Source: Armatimonadota bacterium
Lineage (GTDB): Bacteria > Armatimonadota > Fimbriimonadia > Fimbriimonadales > Fimbriimonadaceae
Reading direction: 5' to 3'
DNA: 64,000 bases
Assembly: GCA_031400935.1 (NCBI GenBank)
Contig: JANNQV010000032.1
Location: 1-64,000 of the forward strand
The position numbers and the translations under genes are program-made. Every line of letters starts with the position of its first letter. Positions within the stretch are counted from its first letter, which is position 1. The notes under the pieces are model-generated. The model saw only the letters and a program-made list of their open reading frames with translations, searched no databases and was not told the origin of the DNA. Below, piece after piece: positions 37,875 through 47,800 of the stretch.

Positions 37875-39527
37875 CTATCCGCCAAGTTCCTTTCGCCAAT
37901 CTTTATCCTTGTCCCATCCCATCTGCTTCACTCGCGGGCGACGTTCTCGAAGGCGAACAGACTCGATTCCCATCAAATGCCCAGTTGAAAGCGCGTTCTT
38001 ACCGACACATTCCAGGCGCACTTTGTACATCCCAAGCTCGGGCCAAAAGTCGAGAAATTGAAATTCTCTGTTCTCAACTTCCTTTGAATAGAGGTCCATC
38101 GGACCACCCAATTTGAACTTCTTCATTTCCGACGATCCTGCCTTTTCAGGTGCTAAGAGATACGCCTGATAGCTACCAAAATCGTACGAGGTCGTCATGT
38201 TTAGAATGAGTCTCAGGGGTTCCTTCTCCTTGATCTGAAATGGAATTTCGAAGTAAGCCAATGTGGGATTGATCGGCTTGAAAAGCGCCTGAGGCACTTC
38301 GTACAATCCAAGGCTTTGCAGCTCTGCACTACCAGAACCGAAATAGTGCGGATCGGCGAAATCCTTTGCGTATGCAATGACCCGGTCGATGTTCGGCAGC
38401 CTTCTTTCGACTCCAGAAGGTGCACGCTCCGCAAAAGTAGGCGTTCCTGTTTGATACCAAAACGCAACACTTGAAAAATCGTCCTCACGCTCGTTCCAGC
38501 TCATGCTTTTGTGATCTTTGTTCTCGTCAGGCGAAATCCAACCGAAGTGCTCGAAGGTCACCTTGATGCCTTTCTGGAAAACTAAGGGATCATTGATATG
38601 CCACCGGTACGCGCTCGTATGCCCTCCGACGATCCCCCATTGGTCGAAATAGGGCACTCCGAAAAACGGCGTACTCGTCATTTGCAACCCCCATGCGCTT
38701 AAAAAGTAGTCTTCGGTTCCCGTTCCCCAAATGCTCGGCGCAGTTTCTCCATCGATGTAGATCTTCTCGTCGCCTTCACCAAACCACTCCGGGCTGCGAG
38801 TTCGGACCGCCAGTACAGTTCCCACATAATGACCTTTTCCTTTTGTGTCGAGGACGACATAATCTTTGCCGTTTTCGGCTGGATATTCTTGGCGGTACTG
38901 TGCGTAAAAGTAAGGCGTATCCTTAGGCAAGGAGTCTTTCTTGATCCAGTCAATGTTGTAGTACAGCAAATTCACATTTTTGGTGCCTTGGTTGACGATC
39001 TCAATTCGAATTGACTTGCGAAATGGCATGTGCCAGAAGCAGTTGTAGGAATCAGCATCTTCAACTATCACGGGCAGACTGACTACCGAACTTCGTTTTC
39101 CAAAACAGTTAGCAAAGAAGTCACCAACGGGTGCCTCTACTCCAGGCTTTGAGTTTCCATCATAGTAGATTCGAAGAAGCATGTCTTGATGTGTAGCAGA
39201 ACCGTCCTTTGCCCATCCCTGCGCCTCTGGACCCAAAAATGTTGTCCAAATATGGGTGATGACACCCGGACCCTTTGCATCCATCAATACGTGTGTTTCG
39301 CCAGGGGCAACTCGAAAATTGTCATAGTTGCTGCCTTCTTCGAGATCGCCTTTTGGCGGAAATGCACGGTTGTACTTGCCATCCGGCCCAACTCTACGAG
39401 TAGAAGTTTCGCGCATGCTTCGGCCCGATTGGGGCTTGGTTAAAGATTCCAGCCCTTGGCCCAAAGTCAGGTTGGTCGCAACAACGAGTGTTGTTGCCAG
39501 CGTAATTTGGCGGAAAAGACGATCCAT
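37875..39527 (-). CDS. DUF2961 / GH172 family glycoside hydrolase, secreted
   Basis: GPGVITHIW, APVGDFF, NCFWHMPF, GKGHYVGT, WFGEGDEKIYIDG, GTGTEDYF, YRWHINDP, SSVAFWYQ. Confidence 0.92.
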   Translation of the reverse strand: MDRLFRQITLATTLVVATNLTLGQGLESLTKPQSGRSMRETSTRRVGPDGKYNRAFPPKGDLEEGSNYDNFRVAPGETHVLMDAKGPGVITHIWTTFLGPEAQGWAKDGSATHQDMLLRIYYDGNSKPGVEAPVGDFFANCFGKRSSVVSLPVIVEDADSYNCFWHMPFRKSIRIEIVNQGTKNVNLLYYNIDWIKKDSLPKDTPYFYAQYRQEYPAENGKDYVVLDTKGKGHYVGTVLAVRTRSPEWFGEGDEKIYIDGETAPSIWGTGTEDYFLSAWGLQMTSTPFFGVPYFDQWGIVGGHTSAYRWHINDPLVFQKGIKVTFEHFGWISPDENKDHKSMSWNEREDDFSSVAFWYQTGTPTFAERAPSGVERRLPNIDRVIAYAKDFADPHYFGSGSAELQSLGLYEVPQALFKPINPTLAYFEIPFQIKEKEPLRLILNMTTSYDFGSYQAYLLAPEKAGSSEMKKFKLGGPMDLYSKEVENREFQFLDFWPELGMYKVRLECVGKNALSTGHLMGIESVRLRERRPRVKQMGWDKDKDWRKELGG

Positions 39528-39569
39528 GCCCGAATCTACCAGAATCTAGCAAATTCTCAAGCTACTGGT

Positions 39570-40961
39570 CTAATTCTTCGTTGAATTTGGACTGAACCTC
39601 GGAACGATTGCCATGCCGTCACTAAGACCAAACGCTTCTGGGTCCTCATATTTTCCGCGCTCTGATTTGTTCTTGGTCTGTTCAACAACAAAAGGTCGAA
39701 ATCGGGCTGATGCATCATTTCGGCTGCCACTGACCTGCCAGTCGACTTCAACATTGGGCGAAGAAGTCCGAAGGACGAATTCACCATTATCGAGTTTTTT
39801 GACGACTTTGCAGATTACAAAGTCCTCCGTGTTATGCTCATCGACAATGGTCAATTGGTATTGAATGTCAATGTTCAAGGCAGAAAACCAAGCTGGCACT
39901 AGGACAGTCGCGTATCCCCGCATGTCTGTTCTAACAACTCCCCTATAAAGGTTCATCCGCTCGTCGCTTTCGACGCATGAATGGATCAAATATTTATCTT
40001 CAGGGTCAAGGGGGTGGTCAATACGGAATTCCTTGAAAATTGCAGTTAATTCGTTCGCATTTAGTAACCCATTGAAATAGCCTGCATAATTAACGTTCCC
40101 TGATGTCTGGCCACCTTGGCCATACACGCCAAAATTAGAAGATGTAGTGCTGTTTGCGAGACCAATAATGCCATACGAAGCTCCTGAACCTGATGGTGAT
40201 GAAGAATTTGCACGGCTGTAAATGCCGACACAATATCCCGAACCACTTGAACTCACGAAAGCTGCCTGCCGGTAGCCAACTTCGGGAACGGATAATGTGC
40301 CACTTGCGATTCGTACAGTAGGATCAAAAGGGTCTGAACCTTGCGCGTCAAATTTGAAAAGCGGAGTTATGGTTCCGATGCCCAATCTTCCTGCTGGAGT
40401 GATTCCAATTGAAGTATCTGATCCTACAACAAATCTGAGTTTGCCATTCGCATCGAGATAAGTGTACGCCTCAAAGTTTCCATTGTTGTAGCCATAGTAG
40501 GGAAGTCCGCCAATCGGAGTGGAAATGAACATCCCTCCCCAACTGGCAACGTTTGTGCTTAACCCAATGATCTCGTTTGTTCCGATTTGAGTTGTGCGGG
40601 GACCAAAAGGCACGAATGAACCCAAGAACCTTGTTGTCCCGTTAAACAAATTCGTGCTAGTAAAGGTGTTTGTCGCATTCTTTAGGGCGACATTTGAGGA
40701 GAGCCGACCATCGTTTACGGTGCCCGAAACTAAATTTGATGCTGAAAGAGCGGTCACACCAGCACCGCCCCCAACGAGATTGTTCGCAGTTAGGGTGCCA
40801 GAAATATTAGCATGGCCAGACTGCGATGTCCCTGGTGACGTAGATTGTAGCGCAACATACGATTTTGGAGTTCCAAATTGAGAATTGCCAGCTGAAATGA
40901 GCAGCAAACATCCAATTGTTGCGAGGACGGCAGAAAGGCTAAGCCATGTTCCATATCTCAT
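39570..40961 (-). CDS. Secreted Gly/Ser-rich fibre-like protein with C-terminal IDHPL domain, paralog A
   Basis: Signal peptide, YVALQSTSPGTSQSGH, GRLGIGTITP, GxYG repeats, FRIDHPLDPEDKYLIHSCVES. GGAG RBS before ATG 40961. Confidence 0.75.
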   Translation of the reverse strand: MRYGTWLSLSAVLATIGCLLLISAGNSQFGTPKSYVALQSTSPGTSQSGHANISGTLTANNLVGGGAGVTALSASNLVSGTVNDGRLSSNVALKNATNTFTSTNLFNGTTRFLGSFVPFGPRTTQIGTNEIIGLSTNVASWGGMFISTPIGGLPYYGYNNGNFEAYTYLDANGKLRFVVGSDTSIGITPAGRLGIGTITPLFKFDAQGSDPFDPTVRIASGTLSVPEVGYRQAAFVSSSGSGYCVGIYSRANSSSPSGSGASYGIIGLANSTTSSNFGVYGQGGQTSGNVNYAGYFNGLLNANELTAIFKEFRIDHPLDPEDKYLIHSCVESDERMNLYRGVVRTDMRGYATVLVPAWFSALNIDIQYQLTIVDEHNTEDFVICKVVKKLDNGEFVLRTSSPNVEVDWQVSGSRNDASARFRPFVVEQTKNKSERGKYEDPEAFGLSDGMAIVPRFSPNSTKN

Positions 40962-41097
40962 TTGTAATCGCTCCACGTGCCTTCACAACAAATATGTGAG
41001 TTGGCAGTAAGCCATTATAGCGGTTGGCAACCAAAAGCCAGTCCATTCACGTCTGCTTAGAACTCAAAATCAGGCAAATCCGCTAGGCATGCACTAG

Positions 41098-41410
41098 TTA
41101 GTTCACGAAGAAGTCTTTCGGGCTCAATTCTTTCTTAGCTTCTCCTGGCTGCTCCCAAAACATGCGAAAACTCCTGGCTCCACCGCCGTCGAAATACTGA
41201 ATCTCGACATCGTAAACTCCGGGAACAAGCATCGCTTTTCCAGTTCGTTCGCTATACGCTTGCAGCCTGTCGTTATCCACAACGAGGCCACCGTCGATGT
41301 AGAGTTTGCTTCCATCGCCGTTGCCAAGAGTGAACTGGTGTAGTCAAGCTTGCTCGACAGGCAACTTGCTCTGCCAAAAAGCGAATCTATGCCCAAAATG
41401 CCATGATGCA
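41098..41410 (-). pseudogene. PA14-domain gene remnant
   Basis: Frame …KLPVEQA*LHQFTLGNGDGSKLYIDGGLVVDND…YFDGGG…WEQPG fits PA14. There is an in-frame TGA at 41344-41346 and no convincing start. Confidence 0.65.
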
Positions 41411-41450
41411 AGCCAAACCTTGGACGCCCTTGGTTCTGTAGAATACAAAT

Positions 41451-42134
41451 GTGGCGAACAAAAAACTAAGGCGGGTTTCCAACAATGCCAATGTCGGGGC
41501 AGGACATGGCACCCTTGGGCGGGACGCCAAAGTCATATCTAAGCCGAACGCCCCGAATTGGGTAAAGCTTTTCATCGCCTTTCATCTCATCGCCATCATT
41601 ACGTGGTCTTTGCCCGGCACCCCGCCCGGCATTCGGAACGGAATGATTCCTGCCAGCGGAATGAACGGCTTGCTACTCGCTAACGAAAAATATGTGAAGA
41701 CCGCCGATCCGATTCGCACTTATTTATTGGTTACTGGCTTTTGGCAATATTGGGATATGTTTGCCCCCGATCCTTCCAATCAAGATTTGTGGGGAGATGC
41801 CGAAATCGTTCGACAAGATGGTTCGGTCGAGCACTATCAATATCCCCGAATGTATTTGCTCCCCATCCAAAAAAAGTTGGTGATGGAACGCCATCGAAAG
41901 TTCTTTGAACGTGCCAGTCAAGATTCGTTTGCCTATCTTTGGCCGCAATTTGCGAGGGTGATTGCCAGTGAAGTTGATCATAATCCCAAAAATCGCCCCG
42001 TAGAAGTGCGTTTGTTTCGGCATTGGCAGCAGATTCCGCCAGTCGGCGAACCAATGCCAACTGAGTACAAAAAATACAATTATTGGGTTGAGTTCATTGA
42101 CCGGAAAATGCTGGACAAGGACAAATTGCCATGA
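41451..42134 (+). CDS. SdpA/DUF5819-like membrane-anchored protein
   Basis: One N-terminal TM, WQYWDMFAPDP motif, ATGA-coupled to the HTTM gene. Confidence 0.65.
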   Translation: MANKKLRRVSNNANVGAGHGTLGRDAKVISKPNAPNWVKLFIAFHLIAIITWSLPGTPPGIRNGMIPASGMNGLLLANEKYVKTADPIRTYLLVTGFWQYWDMFAPDPSNQDLWGDAEIVRQDGSVEHYQYPRMYLLPIQKKLVMERHRKFFERASQDSFAYLWPQFARVIASEVDHNPKNRPVEVRLFRHWQQIPPVGEPMPTEYKKYNYWVEFIDRKMLDKDKLP

Positions 42135-43114
42135 AAGCATTCTTCGGCTACATACGATCTAGCTGGAAGGGTTTCGATAACTGGTTCTTTGGGCATGGGT
42201 CGCCGGTTGCTTTAGGCTTATTCCGAGCCGTTTTTGCTGGACTTGTCTTTGTAAATCTAGCTTTCATCCTGATCTACTTTAAGGATTGGTTTTCACAAAG
42301 CGGTTTTGTTCCTTCAAGCCTCGGTGCTCAAAACATGGGCCCGCGAGTCGAGGCGTTTGGGCAGTCTATTCCACGTCTAAACGTACTGGGCAGCGTTACG
42401 TCGGACTCGATAACGCTTGCCGTTTACTTGGCTACAATGCTCGCAGCATTGCTTACGAGTCTTGGACTTTGGACAAGAATCAGTTCGATCTTGCTTGCTG
42501 TTGGGCTGGTTTCTATGCATCACCGAAACGGCCTCATTTTGCATGGTGGCGACACGCTGATGCGGGTTTCGGTGCTTTATTTGGCGCTCTCGCCATGCGG
42601 AGCGGCTGTTTCTCTTGATCGTTTTTTTGCTCGCAAGAAGGGGCTAGCTCCTGCTATTCCTTTGATGATCAGCCTATGGCCGCAAAGGCTGATCCAAGTT
42701 CAAATTGCCATCATTTATCTCACGACGTTTTGGCATAAGATGGGTGGGCATTTTTGGAAGAACGGAACGGCGACCTGGTATCCAATCCACTTGAACGAAT
42801 TTGACCGATTCCCTCTGCCTGGGTTCACCGAAACAGCGATTTTTACGTCCCTTACTTCGTGGGGAACGTTAGCCGTTGAGCTATCGTTCGCAACACTTGT
42901 TTTTGCCAAACCGCTTCGAAAATGGGTTCTGTTGGCCGGAATCGGGCTACATGCATTCATTGATTACGCTTTCAACATCCCTCTCTTTAGCTATTTAATG
43001 ATTACAATGTACATAGCGTTTTATGAGGGTGAGGAAATTGCTGGATGGTGGGACCGAATGAAGTCAAAATTTCGAGAGAGAGTTGGAAGTAGGAAAGCCG
43101 ATGCTACGATTTAG
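42131..43114 (+). CDS. HTTM-domain protein (SdpB / vitamin K-dependent carboxylase-like)
   Basis: ALGLFR, HRNGLILHGGD, SLD, RLIQVQIAIIY…HKMGGHFWKNGTA, TLAVE, LHAFI. Confidence 0.88.
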   Translation: MKAFFGYIRSSWKGFDNWFFGHGSPVALGLFRAVFAGLVFVNLAFILIYFKDWFSQSGFVPSSLGAQNMGPRVEAFGQSIPRLNVLGSVTSDSITLAVYLATMLAALLTSLGLWTRISSILLAVGLVSMHHRNGLILHGGDTLMRVSVLYLALSPCGAAVSLDRFFARKKGLAPAIPLMISLWPQRLIQVQIAIIYLTTFWHKMGGHFWKNGTATWYPIHLNEFDRFPLPGFTETAIFTSLTSWGTLAVELSFATLVFAKPLRKWVLLAGIGLHAFIDYAFNIPLFSYLMITMYIAFYEGEEIAGWWDRMKSKFRERVGSRKADATI

Positions 43115-43994
43115 CAAGCCAAAAACACCCGGATTTGGGCTTAGCCAAAACTTCTACTTGACTGTTTTGGCGGCGAGAGCATCGCTTCCGACTGTCGAGC
43201 AGGTTATTCATCCGAAGGGCGAAGGCGGAGCGGTTGAAGGGTTTGGCGTTCCACTTTCAAAATCGGCGACCAAAGAAGACCTGCATCGCCCCCTCCAAAG
43301 AGGTGCCTACGCCCTTTCTGCTAAAGACCGAAAAACAGTGATTCGCTGCTTGGTTTTGAGCAAGGAAGAAGCTGGTTTCGATCCTGAAACTTTCGCTCAG
43401 AGCAGTCTGGCGGCTTCAGCAAGCGCAGAGATGATCGCGAGAATTCGGGGGACATGGTCGCTTATTCAGTTTTGTTTTGAGAGCCACGATCCGATGGTAG
43501 CTCCAGCGCTCGATTTCTTAATCGAGCTTCTGAGGCGACTCGGAGAGTTAACGGACGGAGTCATTGCCGACCCAATTTCGAAGCGGTATTTATTGCCAAA
43601 TGAGTTGCCAATTCTCGTCGTGGAAAACGAAATCACCGCTGCTTTTCATGTTGCTGTCCACTTTCGGCCAGAAAATAAGTTTGTACGCTGTTACACCTTA
43701 GGACTTCAAAAATTTGGGCTTTCAGAACTAGAAATTGCCGATGTTCCAGATTCACTTTGTAAGGAAACAGAGGCGTTTCTGCTGTCCCTTTGTCAGGCCG
43801 AGTTGAACGGATCGGTTGCTCGGGTTGGAGACTTGGTTGGCGACAAAAAGGCACCGTTTTTGGTTTGCGAAGGCGGACTTGATAGGTCACTTTGGGAAGG
43901 GATAGAGTGCATTGAACTGGTACCGTCCACGAATCGCTCGGTTAGCGAATCGTTACAGGCATGGATGGTTTCCGTTGAAAGCCCTCGTTCTTGA
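43101..43994 (+). CDS. Hypothetical protein (DUF4026/DUF4261-like C-terminus)
   Basis: YTLGLQKFGLSELEI motif; overlaps the HTTM gene stop. Confidence 0.6.
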   Translation: MLRFSKPKTPGFGLSQNFYLTVLAARASLPTVEQVIHPKGEGGAVEGFGVPLSKSATKEDLHRPLQRGAYALSAKDRKTVIRCLVLSKEEAGFDPETFAQSSLAASASAEMIARIRGTWSLIQFCFESHDPMVAPALDFLIELLRRLGELTDGVIADPISKRYLLPNELPILVVENEITAAFHVAVHFRPENKFVRCYTLGLQKFGLSELEIADVPDSLCKETEAFLLSLCQAELNGSVARVGDLVGDKKAPFLVCEGGLDRSLWEGIECIELVPSTNRSVSESLQAWMVSVESPRS

Positions 43995-44010
43995 ACGGAT
44001 ACTTACAAAA

Positions 44011-45846
44011 TCACAATCCGTCAACTTCTCGCAGAACGCCTTCCAATTCTTCATTGGGACCTACAGCTTCCCGAATCTGCTTTGCCAAGGCCTCAGCTTC
44101 ATCCTTGTGGCCCGCCCTTTTAGCAGCAAGGGCGAGGTTCACATGAACCCCTAGAGATTGCGGCATCGTTGTAGCGGCAAACCGCATAGAATTGTAGGCC
44201 TCTTCGTGCTTACTTTGACCCGTGAGAGCAGTATTCAACTCACCATAAGCAGGTTCGCATCCTGGAAACAGGTCAATGAGTCTCTTTGAGGCATCTTCTG
44301 CTTCCTCGAATTCGCCGATTTGATTTGCCGCTGAACTCAAAACTGCCCACATCGGCCAGTAATCTGCAAGCCAATTCTTGAGCGGACGAACTGCCTGAAT
44401 TGCAGAATTGAAATCGCCATTTTGCATTTTTTCCTTTGCTACTTCGATGGCTTCGGCACGTTTGGCTTGTTCTATTGCGATCAGTTCCGCCAACGTCGTC
44501 GCGCGGGTGTTTTGGTCGGGATTGCTTGCTAAGATGTCGCGGAGAATCTTTGGCATGTCCACCGTTCTTCCTGCAACCTTTAGGGTTTGGGCGTACTCAA
44601 CCAATACCGGAATATCGTTCGGAGCTACGTCAACGCAGTCTTCATAAAAGTCCATTGCCCGGTCATGTTCGCCCTTTTGAGCAAGATATGGGGCGAACCA
44701 TCGCTTTGTTATCAGGGGTTCTTCACCTAATTCAAGCGCGCTTTCAAACGCCTTTATTGCCTCGTCTTCTTGCTGCGCGTTCAAAAGGGAAATCGCATAT
44801 TTCGTAAGCAAATTGGAGTCCTTTGGCTTCTTTGCCAGTTGCTCCTTCCAAAGGCCTGGAACTTCATGCGCCCGGTTCGATTGCTGCAATACCGTAGCTA
44901 AAAGGTCAACCGATGGCTTGTCGTCGCCCTCCATTTCGATTGCTTTTCGGAAGTTTCTTTCTGCATTTACTGGCATTCCCAACTGCATCTGCGAAAGGCC
45001 GAGCCGGGCGTATAGAGCCGGCTCGAGCTGCTCTAATTGAACTGCCTTTTCATAGGAATTTGAAGCCTCGTTGTGATTTCCAATGACGGTATAAAGCTCT
45101 CCCATAGCAAAGTGCGCTTTGTAGTCTTCGGGAACTTGTTTGGCAAGCCATAGAAGGCTTTCCATTGCGTCGTCAAAAACGCCCAGTTTGAATTGCCCGC
45201 ATTGCCGACAAAGCTGGATAAGAGTTTCATAGGGAGCGACGAAATCCTTGTCAATCTCGAGAGATTTCTTCAAAGTATCCATCGCCGCTTTTGGCTGAAA
45301 TTCTTTTGCGACCATTCCGTTTGCTTGCTGGATATAGGTGACGGCATCGTATCCTTCAAGGAATTGGATGAAGGCTTCTGGGCTATCTGTTCCGAAGTCA
45401 ACGGTGCCTTTAGCCAGTTGCTCAGGAAGTGTAATTTGAGCTTGAGAAGCAAGCTCTCTAACCAAAGTTGTTAGATGTTCGAAGACCTTGTCATCGTCAA
45501 ATTTCCAATCAAAAACTTTGACGGGTTCGGCCTCGCCGTTCTTGTGGAACCGAATTGTAGCTTCAAACTTGCCATCTGCGTGCTTCAGCAAGCCATCTAG
45601 GATCAAATCAACCTGAGACTGCTCGAACATTTGATCAAGCCATTGCTTGTCCAATAGAGTGTCGGCGATGTTAACAAAAGCTGCTCTTTGGGTTCCTTCA
45701 TCGTCTATTTGAGCCAAAAAACTGACTTGGTTGATCTCGGCTCCGGTTGCCGCACGGATAGTGTCGGAGGCAAAAGCGGAAAACTGGCGCCCTAGTGCTG
45801 GCGGAGTTCCTTCAGCGGCATTTAAGGGGAGTACGGCGACCTTCAT
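44011..45846 (-). CDS. Tetratricopeptide-repeat protein
   Basis: N-terminal KVAVLPL alpha/beta domain followed by many TPRs. Start ATG 45846, 9 nt after TACAAT. Confidence 0.85.
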   Translation of the reverse strand: MKVAVLPLNAAEGTPPALGRQFSAFASDTIRAATGAEINQVSFLAQIDDEGTQRAAFVNIADTLLDKQWLDQMFEQSQVDLILDGLLKHADGKFEATIRFHKNGEAEPVKVFDWKFDDDKVFEHLTTLVRELASQAQITLPEQLAKGTVDFGTDSPEAFIQFLEGYDAVTYIQQANGMVAKEFQPKAAMDTLKKSLEIDKDFVAPYETLIQLCRQCGQFKLGVFDDAMESLLWLAKQVPEDYKAHFAMGELYTVIGNHNEASNSYEKAVQLEQLEPALYARLGLSQMQLGMPVNAERNFRKAIEMEGDDKPSVDLLATVLQQSNRAHEVPGLWKEQLAKKPKDSNLLTKYAISLLNAQQEDEAIKAFESALELGEEPLITKRWFAPYLAQKGEHDRAMDFYEDCVDVAPNDIPVLVEYAQTLKVAGRTVDMPKILRDILASNPDQNTRATTLAELIAIEQAKRAEAIEVAKEKMQNGDFNSAIQAVRPLKNWLADYWPMWAVLSSAANQIGEFEEAEDASKRLIDLFPGCEPAYGELNTALTGQSKHEEAYNSMRFAATTMPQSLGVHVNLALAAKRAGHKDEAEALAKQIREAVGPNEELEGVLREVDGL

Positions 45847-46025
45847 AGAACTAGAATTGTACCTGGCGTACGGGTAATTCGGATGGATTGGACGTGTTGG
45901 GAGAGAGTTGGCTGACATATCATCGCCGCCCTAGTATAAATGACAGAATTCAATTTTTCTGTTTGCATTCTTCTGAAGAATGTCTATACTGATGATCTGA
46001 ATAGCGCAAAACGGGAGGAATCAAA

Positions 46026-47603
46026 TTGAACCGTTGCACAGTAATATCATTCGTCATAATTGCGGTTGGAATTGGTGCTTTGATGGCTACGACTGCAAAG
46101 TCACAGTTGGGCACACCCAAAAACTATGTTAGTTTGCAGCCAGCGACACCTGGCACCAGCCAATCTGGACATATAAACGTCACTGGTACTGTTTTGGCTG
46201 GACAGCATGTTGGGGGTGGTGCCGGACTCACGTCTCTAAGTGCGTCGAACCTTTTAACGGGAACTGTGCCCGACGCAAGACTCGCGGGTATTTACTCGTC
46301 GGCACTGAGTTTTTCGAATGTTAGCAACCAATACGCTGGAACATTCACTGGGAATGGAAATGCGCTGACACAACTTGATGCCTCGAACATCTCTTCAGGA
46401 ACTCTTGCCAATGCGCGCCTTTCTATCGGTGTCGCTCGACGTGACGTAGGCAACCAGTTCCTCGGAAACAACGTGATGTTGCCTGGTACTAGTCTCTTTG
46501 TGGATGGCGGGTCTGTTGGTTCACTTCCGTTAGCGTTTGCAACGGACACCGACACAGGACTGTTCAATCCAGTTCAAAACAACTTGACTATTGTTGTCTC
46601 TGGGATACCTGCTATTCAGTTCAATCAATCAGGGATACAAAACGGTTTCGGAGGAACGGCTGGTGCACCTTCATATAGTTGGATTTCGGATCTTGATACA
46701 GGAATCTTCTCACCAGCTCCAGATGTAATTGCGCTTTCAACTGCTGGGTCAAGGCGGCTCACGATCACACCAGCCGGCCGGGTGGGAATAGAGACAAGTT
46801 CCCCCGCTTACCAGTTGGAGGTTGTGGGACAGGGATTCTTCAACTGGCCATTCCAGTCCACGACCGAGGCTGCGTTGCATGCACAAAACGGGCCCACGGT
46901 TCTAACTTGGAATCCTGGTGGCAGCCATGCGGTCCGTGGAGAGGCCGATGCGCAAGGAGCTGGCTATTCAGTAGGAGTCGAGGGCATGGCTACAGCGCAT
47001 TCGAATGCCAATCGAGTCGCCTACGGCGTCTACGGATTTGCAGCTGGAGACAACGGTGTAAACGATGTGTATGGGGTGTTCGGCCAGCAGGGCTCTTCAA
47101 GCGCCGGCACTTATGCAGGCTATTTCGCTGGCCGATTGGCTGCGTCAGCGAAACTCTTTCAGATTGATCATCCTCTTAATCCTGAAACCAAGTACCTCAA
47201 TCACTCCTGTGTCGAGAGCGACGAAATGAAGAATGTGTATGACGGAATTGCGGTCTGCGATTCGAAGGGAGAAGCTTGGGTGCCAATGCCAAATTGGTTT
47301 GAAGCCCTAAACGGGCAGTTTCGATATCAGCTGACTTGTGTGGGAGGATATTCGCCTGTATTTGTATCTAGAAAGCTCGAACAAGGAGGATTCAAAATCG
47401 GCGGCGGCAAGGCAGGGTTAGAAGTCTCCTGGCAAGTGACAGGTGTGCGAAAGGACCCCTATGCAGAAGCCAACCCGCTGCAAGTCGAGCAGGCGAAGCC
47501 TGCAAACGCGAGAGGGAAATACCTGCACCCTGAACTCTACGGGATGCCAGATTCGTACAGCATACATCCAAGGCCCGCCACGAATAGATCCTTTCAAAAA
47601 TAA
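46026..47603 (+). CDS. Secreted Gly/Ser-rich fibre-like protein with C-terminal IDHPL domain, paralog B
   Basis: GGAGG RBS; YVSLQPATPGTSQSGH; two D-x-DTG-[LI]-F repeats; FQIDHPLNPETKYLNHSCVES. Confidence 0.75.
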   Translation: MNRCTVISFVIIAVGIGALMATTAKSQLGTPKNYVSLQPATPGTSQSGHINVTGTVLAGQHVGGGAGLTSLSASNLLTGTVPDARLAGIYSSALSFSNVSNQYAGTFTGNGNALTQLDASNISSGTLANARLSIGVARRDVGNQFLGNNVMLPGTSLFVDGGSVGSLPLAFATDTDTGLFNPVQNNLTIVVSGIPAIQFNQSGIQNGFGGTAGAPSYSWISDLDTGIFSPAPDVIALSTAGSRRLTITPAGRVGIETSSPAYQLEVVGQGFFNWPFQSTTEAALHAQNGPTVLTWNPGGSHAVRGEADAQGAGYSVGVEGMATAHSNANRVAYGVYGFAAGDNGVNDVYGVFGQQGSSSAGTYAGYFAGRLAASAKLFQIDHPLNPETKYLNHSCVESDEMKNVYDGIAVCDSKGEAWVPMPNWFEALNGQFRYQLTCVGGYSPVFVSRKLEQGGFKIGGGKAGLEVSWQVTGVRKDPYAEANPLQVEQAKPANARGKYLHPELYGMPDSYSIHPRPATNRSFQK

Positions 47604-47800
47604 GTGATTGAGCTGGCAGATAGTATCTGTGGAAACAAAGCAAGGTTTGTTAGCCCGATTATAGTCGCTAGAACCGAGAACTGTGCTGCGAATTCGAAGC
47701 CTTTTGTAACGTCCAGCGCATTGCGGGCACTTAGAGAGATATGTGAATTCAATGACGCTGTCCGTCAAACGCCCAGCTACCCGAACATGTGATGTAATTA

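Noticed and set aside
47604..47800. Small ORFs between convergent genes
   Set aside because: No RBS or motif support on either strand.
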